Below, one piece after another: positions 15,326 through 19,837 of a stretch of 19,837 nucleotides of DNA. This DNA comes from an uncultured Nitrospinota bacterium (GTDB lineage: Bacteria > Nitrospinota > Nitrospinia > CAJXCL01): NCBI GenBank assembly GCA_964394335.1, contig CAYMVZ010000042.1, forward strand, positions 1 to 19,837, in the 5' to 3' direction. Numbering within the stretch: position 1 is the first letter of the stretch; the number at the start of each line of letters is the position of its first letter. The notes below the pieces were generated by a model. That model was not told the origin of the DNA and ran no database searches. It saw only the letters and a list, made by a program, of their open reading frames with translations. Position numbers and translations under genes: made by a program.

Positions 15326-16549
15326 ATGGATACAGATGCTCAGGATTTAAAAAAAGAGAATGAAATGAGAAGGGAGAATGAGATTCAAAAAATGGAACCG
15401 GGAAAAAAGGGAAAATTTAAAATAATCGTGGTGGCTGTTCTTCTTGCTGCAGGAATATATTATTCATTCGGAAACAACGATGCGGAAGAATATTCCGTGG
15501 TCCAGAAATGGCCGTCTGGAAGCCTGGATGTTGTCATGAAACCCGGTTTGTTCTGGGCAGGACCTTTTTCAAATGTTACCAGATTCAAGATATCGAGTGT
15601 TGTTAAGTTTTCCAGGAGTAAAGTGGGAGAAGAGACTATTGACCAATCGATCTTTGTTCGGTTTAAAGATAACGGAACAGCTAATATTAGAGGCATTGTA
15701 AAATATCTTCTTCCTACTGATCCTGAAAAAATCCGTATGATAAAAAATGAACTGGGCAATAATGACGTTATTTCTAATAAAGTGCTTAAAAACTTCGTCA
15801 ACCAGGTCCTTGTTAGAACAGCTTCTAATTACACAAGCAGCGAATCTATACGGGATCGCTCTGCTTTTTTTAACGATGTCAATGATGGATTAAAAAGTGG
15901 GAAGGGTCCTACTGGCCGCTACTCTATGCAGATACTGGCATTCACTCTAAACAAAATAATTTACGACCAGCAGTCTCAAGCCAAATTTGACGAACAACGC
16001 CTTCTGGAACAGCAGAAAAATAACGCTAAGATTCAGGCTGAAAAAGCACAGCAGGATGCTGTTACGGCAAAAGCCGAAGGAGAAAAACTGATAGCGCTAA
16101 CAAAGGCAAGAGAAGAAAATCTTAAGTTTGAGGCCACGGTCAGGGCGGAAAAGGCTGCGGAGATTGCCAGGATCAAAGCACAGGAAGAGAAGGCAGTCGC
16201 TATTACTGGCGCTCAAAAGGAGTTTGATGTTGCTAAACTGGAACTTGAAAAGGCAAAGCTGGAAAAAGAAGTTGTACTTTTAAAGGCTGAGGGCAGACGG
16301 AGCGCTGCTTTGAAAGAAGCGGAAGGAAGAAAGGCCCTGGCAGCAGCAGACAACTCACTCGAACTCAGGCTCAAGACTCAAAAAGAGATGATGATCGGTA
16401 TGGCCCAGGCATTAAAAGATGTGAAAGTGCCCTCCGCAATAATTGGGGCGTCTGGGAAATCGTCCGGGAATCCTGTCCTCGACCTGTTTTTAATGAACCA
16501 GATAAAATCGCTAACAGATATTAACTCCACGGGAGAAACCGGGAAATAA
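15326..16549 (+). CDS. SPFH/band-7 (flotillin/HflKC-like) membrane protein with extended coiled-coil
   Basis: Preferred start is the ATG at 15326 with GGAGG 8 nt upstream; the ORF track's TTG at 15311 is less likely. It has an N-terminal TM (FKIIVVAVLLAAGIYYSF), an SPFH-like domain, and a long Ala/Glu/Lys-rich coiled-coil segment (AEKAQQDAVTAKAEGEKLIALTKAREEN...). Confidence 0.65.
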   Translation: MDTDAQDLKKENEMRRENEIQKMEPGKKGKFKIIVVAVLLAAGIYYSFGNNDAEEYSVVQKWPSGSLDVVMKPGLFWAGPFSNVTRFKISSVVKFSRSKVGEETIDQSIFVRFKDNGTANIRGIVKYLLPTDPEKIRMIKNELGNNDVISNKVLKNFVNQVLVRTASNYTSSESIRDRSAFFNDVNDGLKSGKGPTGRYSMQILAFTLNKIIYDQQSQAKFDEQRLLEQQKNNAKIQAEKAQQDAVTAKAEGEKLIALTKAREENLKFEATVRAEKAAEIARIKAQEEKAVAITGAQKEFDVAKLELEKAKLEKEVVLLKAEGRRSAALKEAEGRKALAAADNSLELRLKTQKEMMIGMAQALKDVKVPSAIIGASGKSSGNPVLDLFLMNQIKSLTDINSTGETGK

Positions 16550-16570
16550 TCTGGCAGTTTCTAAACAAGC

Positions 16571-16748
16571 CGGGAATGACCGTCTTCCTCCTCTGTCATG
16601 CCCGAGTGTTCCTATCGGGCATCTATATTCACAACTTGGTCTGGATTCCCGATAAATGCATTCTGGAATGACATGTGGGGAGCATTCGGGATTGACATGC
16701 TGGGAGTACGGGAATGACATGTTCCTGGGGCGGGAGTGATATTGTGGA
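16571..16748 (+). repeat. cluster of REP/MITE-like repeats (inverted-orientation hairpin 16598-16622; 67-bp unit 16641-16709; GGGAATGACATGT cores)
   Basis: cgggaatgac...gtcatgcccg, then atgcccga-gtgttccta-tcgggcat (the reverse-complement orientation of the family hairpin), then ctggattcccgataaatgcattctggaatgacatgtggggagcattcgggattgacatgctgggagtac, then gggaatgacatgttcctggggcggg. Confidence 0.7.
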
Positions 16749-16994
16749 ACAAAAAGTGCTAGGCAGTTACTGGCACTTATAAATAGCACAGGTTGGTGTA
16801 AATCGATGGTTCTATATTATTGGAAGTGTTTGGCACTTACATTCACCGGGAAAACAGTTTTTTATCTGCGGTAATCTGTACTACAAATTTGTAAAATTGT
16901 GTTTTTTTAGCACAATTTTTATTATCAGGATTGGGCGGTAGCCCATTTGGTTGTGGCCTTTGCCACTCTGTGTCATTCACTGTCTTTATCGTGG

Positions 16995-19837
16995 TTATAG
17001 TTTACTTTTCCCAAAACCCCCTCCTCCGGGTGTTTTAATGATAATGGAGTCACCTTTTTTTACATCTTTAACCACTCTGTGAGGCAGTTCCACAATCTCT
17101 CCGTTTGTTTTTTTCAAAAGATTGACCCCTTTTTTTCCCGGCTTACCGTCTGCCAGGCCATAGGGCGCATAGACCCTTCGTTCGGATATTATAGAAATTT
17201 TAGCAGGTTTTAAAAACTTTAATTCTCTAATTGTTCCGTCTCCTCCCGCAAAACGACCTTTGCCGCCCGAGCCCTTTCTTAAAACAAATTTCTCAAGCCT
17301 TACTCCGGGATGCCTCATTTCCAATATTTCCGGATCTGTGATCCTGGTGTTTGTCATATGTACCTGTATACCGGAAGTACCGGGACAGCCGTCTGAGGCG
17401 CCGGAACCACCGGCAATGGTTTCATAATAGGGAGTCTCTCCTTCAACTTGAAAGAGCAGGTTATTCATTGTGCCCTGTGATGCAGCCGCTGCTTTGAGCG
17501 CTCCCAGGAGGACATCCGTTATCCTCTGCGAAGTTTCCACATTTCCTGATGCAACCGGCAAAGGGTAAACAGGACTCAGGATGGAGTCATCAGGAATGAC
17601 TATCCTAATTGGCTGCAGGCATCCGCTGTTTAATGGAATGTCCGAATCTGTTAAAGCCCTGAGAACATAAAGTACCGCGGAGCGTGTGACAGATATGGGG
17701 GTATTTAGATTATCATTTGAGTGCCCCGGCCCTGTGCCTGTAAAATCTATTTCAGCGTTGACTGTTTTCGGCGGATTAATCCCCCCCTTGATAACAACCT
17801 TTACTTTTAATAGGGTTCCATCATCAAGATGGTCTTCAAAGGCTGCTTCAAAAGGGTCGCCTGTTTTAAGGAATTGAGCGAGAGCCTGTTTTACCGAATA
17901 TGCAGCATTCTCCTTAATAAATCCCATATAATCACGAGCAGTATCCCATCCGTAAAGAGCGATGGTTTTTTTGAGTTCATGTACTCCTTTATTACAGGAA
18001 GCTATCTGGGCTTTAAGATCGGATATTCGCTCTTCCATGTTTCTTACCGGGTGTTTATGGGTTGATAGGATTTGCCTCAGTTCTTCTTCTCTTAATATGC
18101 CGTCTCGCACAAGAAGAAACCCGTCTATTAAGATGCCCTCTTCATCAATATGTTCCGCCGCGGGAGGCATAGACCCGGGAGTTATTCCGCCAATGTCCGC
18201 ATGGTGCCCTCTTGCAACGGTAAAGAAAACAATCTCATCGTTTTGGGAAAAGACCGGGCATACCACGTTCAAATCCGGCAGATGAGACCCTCCATGATAA
18301 GGGTTGTTGGAAAGGTAAATATCGCCTTGCTTGATACTCCCCTTTTCGCTTTTAATAACTGCTTTTACCGTGTCCGCCATTGAACCAAGGTGTACAGGCA
18401 TGTGGGGCGCGTTTGCAACAAGGTCTCCTGTGCCGTCAAAGACAGCGCAGGAGAAATCCAGCCTTTCTTTGATGTTCACCGAGTGGGCTGTGTTTCTAAG
18501 GGTATGCCCCATTTCAGTAGCAATACCCATAAAAAGATTGTTAAAAACCTCAAGCAAAACCGGGTCAGGTTTACCATTTTTATTGGGGTTGTTACTCTCG
18601 CTTCCAGGCTCCTGCCTGATAAGGGGGAGCATTTTTTTTACAACAATAACTCCATTTTGTTCTGCTTCAGCATCAAACCCGGGGTCAATTACTAAAGTAG
18701 AATACCTGTCAACAACAAAAGCCGGTCCTTTAACTTTTGTTTTTGGTGAGATGTTTTCTCTCAAAGACAGAGGCGCATCTACAAAACCATTGGAATAATA
18801 AATTTTCCGAATTTTCTCAGGAATACTCTTGTTCCTTAGTTTCAGTTCGGGAACAATATGCGATGTATTAAAAAAATCTCCTTTTTCTTTAGCCTCTATT
18901 CGCAAATTAACCGCTTCAACAGGTTTATTTTCAGGGTAGAAACCAAAGATCCTTTCATGCTGCTTTTTGAATGATTCGAGCACATCTTCATAGTTAGAAC
19001 ATTCTACAGTTAAAAAAGCACCAGTCCCTTCATGGCGCAAATCAATTTCTCTATTTATTAAAAAGTCTTCTTTTTTATTATTTTTTTCTTTGATTAATCT
19101 TTCTTCCATTTTATCGAACGAAGATAAAAGTTTTTTATGATTTTCTCTATTGTAAATGCAGAGCACGCTCATACTTGATTTTTTTGTTGGTTTCGAAAGT
19201 CCTATGCCGTATGCGGACATGACGCCGCCTAATGGATGAAAGATTACTTTCCCCATTCCAAGCAGGGACGCCACTTCACAGGCGTGCTGTCCACCGGCTC
19301 CACCGAAACAGACCAGGGCATAATCCCGGACATCATAACCTTTTGAGACGGATATCTCCTTTATCGCCATTGCCATCTTTTCATTGGCAATCCTGATAAA
19401 GCCAAGTGCTGCTTGCCGGGGAGAGTAATTTCGTAGAGTTCCAATATTTATTTTTTCCGTAAGGCGCTGAAATTTCTCTTTAACAATATCCTCATTCAGG
19501 GCTGAGAGCCTGTCTGAGCCAAAGGTTTGAGGGAAATGCTCCGGCGAGATCCTGCCGGTCAGTAAATTCGCGTCTGTAATTGTAAGCGGCCCTCCAAATC
19601 CATAACAGGCAGGTCCAGGGTTCGCGCCTGCGGATTCAGGCCCTACTCTCATCCTTTGCCCGTCGAACCACAGGACCGAACCGCCGCCCGCTGCCACTGT
19701 TGAAATGTTTAACATCTCCACCTGAAACTCAATGCCGCCGATGATCTTTTCATAAACTTTTCCCAGTTTTCCTTTGTATCGAGACACGTCGGTTGAAGTT
19801 CCTCCCATATCAAATCCGACAGCGCCCTTGAGACCCA
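16995..19837 (-). CDS. fused hydantoinase A/B (HyuA-HyuB) family protein, 5-oxoprolinase/N-methylhydantoinase-like; 5' end lies outside the window
   Basis: The hydantoinase-A motif DMGGTSTDV is present, followed by a HyuB-like C-terminal region. The minus-strand frame stays open to the window edge (...[17 protein letters not shown]), so the ATG at 19808 is internal and the gene is partial. Confidence 0.85.
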   Translation of the reverse strand, partial: GLKGAVGFDMGGTSTDVSRYKGKLGKVYEKIIGGIEFQVEMLNISTVAAGGGSVLWFDGQRMRVGPESAGANPGPACYGFGGPLTITDANLLTGRISPEHFPQTFGSDRLSALNEDIVKEKFQRLTEKINIGTLRNYSPRQAALGFIRIANEKMAMAIKEISVSKGYDVRDYALVCFGGAGGQHACEVASLLGMGKVIFHPLGGVMSAYGIGLSKPTKKSSMSVLCIYNRENHKKLLSSFDKMEERLIKEKNNKKEDFLINREIDLRHEGTGAFLTVECSNYEDVLESFKKQHERIFGFYPENKPVEAVNLRIEAKEKGDFFNTSHIVPELKLRNKSIPEKIRKIYYSNGFVDAPLSLRENISPKTKVKGPAFVVDRYSTLVIDPGFDAEAEQNGVIVVKKMLPLIRQEPGSESNNPNKNGKPDPVLLEVFNNLFMGIATEMGHTLRNTAHSVNIKERLDFSCAVFDGTGDLVANAPHMPVHLGSMADTVKAVIKSEKGSIKQGDIYLSNNPYHGGSHLPDLNVVCPVFSQNDEIVFFTVARGHHADIGGITPGSMPPAAEHIDEEGILIDGFLLVRDGILREEELRQILSTHKHPVRNMEERISDLKAQIASCNKGVHELKKTIALYGWDTARDYMGFIKENAAYSVKQALAQFLKTGDPFEAAFEDHLDDGTLLKVKVVIKGGINPPKTVNAEIDFTGTGPGHSNDNLNTPISVTRSAVLYVLRALTDSDIPLNSGCLQPIRIVIPDDSILSPVYPLPVASGNVETSQRITDVLLGALKAAAASQGTMNNLLFQVEGETPYYETIAGGSGASDGCPGTSGIQVHMTNTRITDPEILEMRHPGVRLEKFVLRKGSGGKGRFAGGDGTIRELKFLKPAKISIISERRVYAPYGLADGKPGKKGVNLLKKTNGEIVELPHRVVKDVKKGDSIIIKTPGGGGFGKSKL

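Noticed and set aside
10186-16748. Possibility that the GGGAATGACATGT or hairpin repeat clusters form a CRISPR array
   Set aside because: The repeats are not regularly spaced, differ in length and orientation, include inverted copies, and are scattered across five loci without uniform spacers or adjacent cas genes.
16511-16789. 92-aa minus-strand ORF overlapping the end of the SPFH gene and the repeat cluster
   Set aside because: It overlaps a supported gene and repeat DNA and has Cys/Pro/Arg-rich low-complexity content. It is likely spurious.
17686-18798. Several plus-strand ORFs (63-155 aa) antisense to the hydantoinase/oxoprolinase gene
   Set aside because: They sit inside a long conserved minus-strand gene, with no start signals and low-complexity translations.

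Overview
This window is a nitrogen-metabolism neighbourhood from a low-GC (about 40%) bacterium with Gram-negative features: GGAGG ribosome-binding sites, a sigma-54 -24/-12 promoter, and an outer-membrane beta-barrel gene. The genes run in the following order. A secreted TPR-like protein carrying a recent internal tandem duplication. A minus-strand protein fusing a degenerate receiver domain to a TPR array. A 6-TM membrane protein. The classical glnK-amtB operon behind a sigma-54 promoter. glnA (type I glutamine synthetase), bounded by strong intrinsic terminators. A minus-strand porin-like outer-membrane protein. An ANTAR-type response regulator (receiver plus ANTAR RNA-binding domain) with its own near-consensus sigma-54 promoter and a strong intrinsic terminator at its 3' end. 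A second, AT-rich amt paralogue, with a NapC/NirT-family tetrahaem cytochrome c starting 21 nt downstream. After a repeat-filled 313-bp spacer, an octahaem cytochrome c (8 CXXCH; HAO/OTR-like multihaem family) translationally coupled to an FGE/SUMF1-domain (NirV-like) membrane protein. Then an SPFH/band-7 protein and, at the window edge, a partial fused hydantoinase/oxoprolinase (HyuA-HyuB) gene on the minus strand. The most interesting candidate system is the ANTAR-regulator / amt2 / tetrahaem / octahaem / FGE-like cluster. It resembles a nitrogen-regulated periplasmic N-oxide or hydroxylamine to ammonium conversion module coupled to ammonium uptake. No system with this particular gene combination is known to me. 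A second notable signal is a family of REP/MITE-like hairpin repeats at five intergenic sites, with core GTCATTCCCGA-N9-TCGGGAATGAC and GGGAATGACATGT. One copy carries a 75-bp nested insertion flanked by an 8-bp direct repeat. amtB is strongly GC-enriched (about 55%) relative to its neighbours and to the second amt (about 38-40%). No CRISPR array, rRNA, tRNA or transposase gene was seen.
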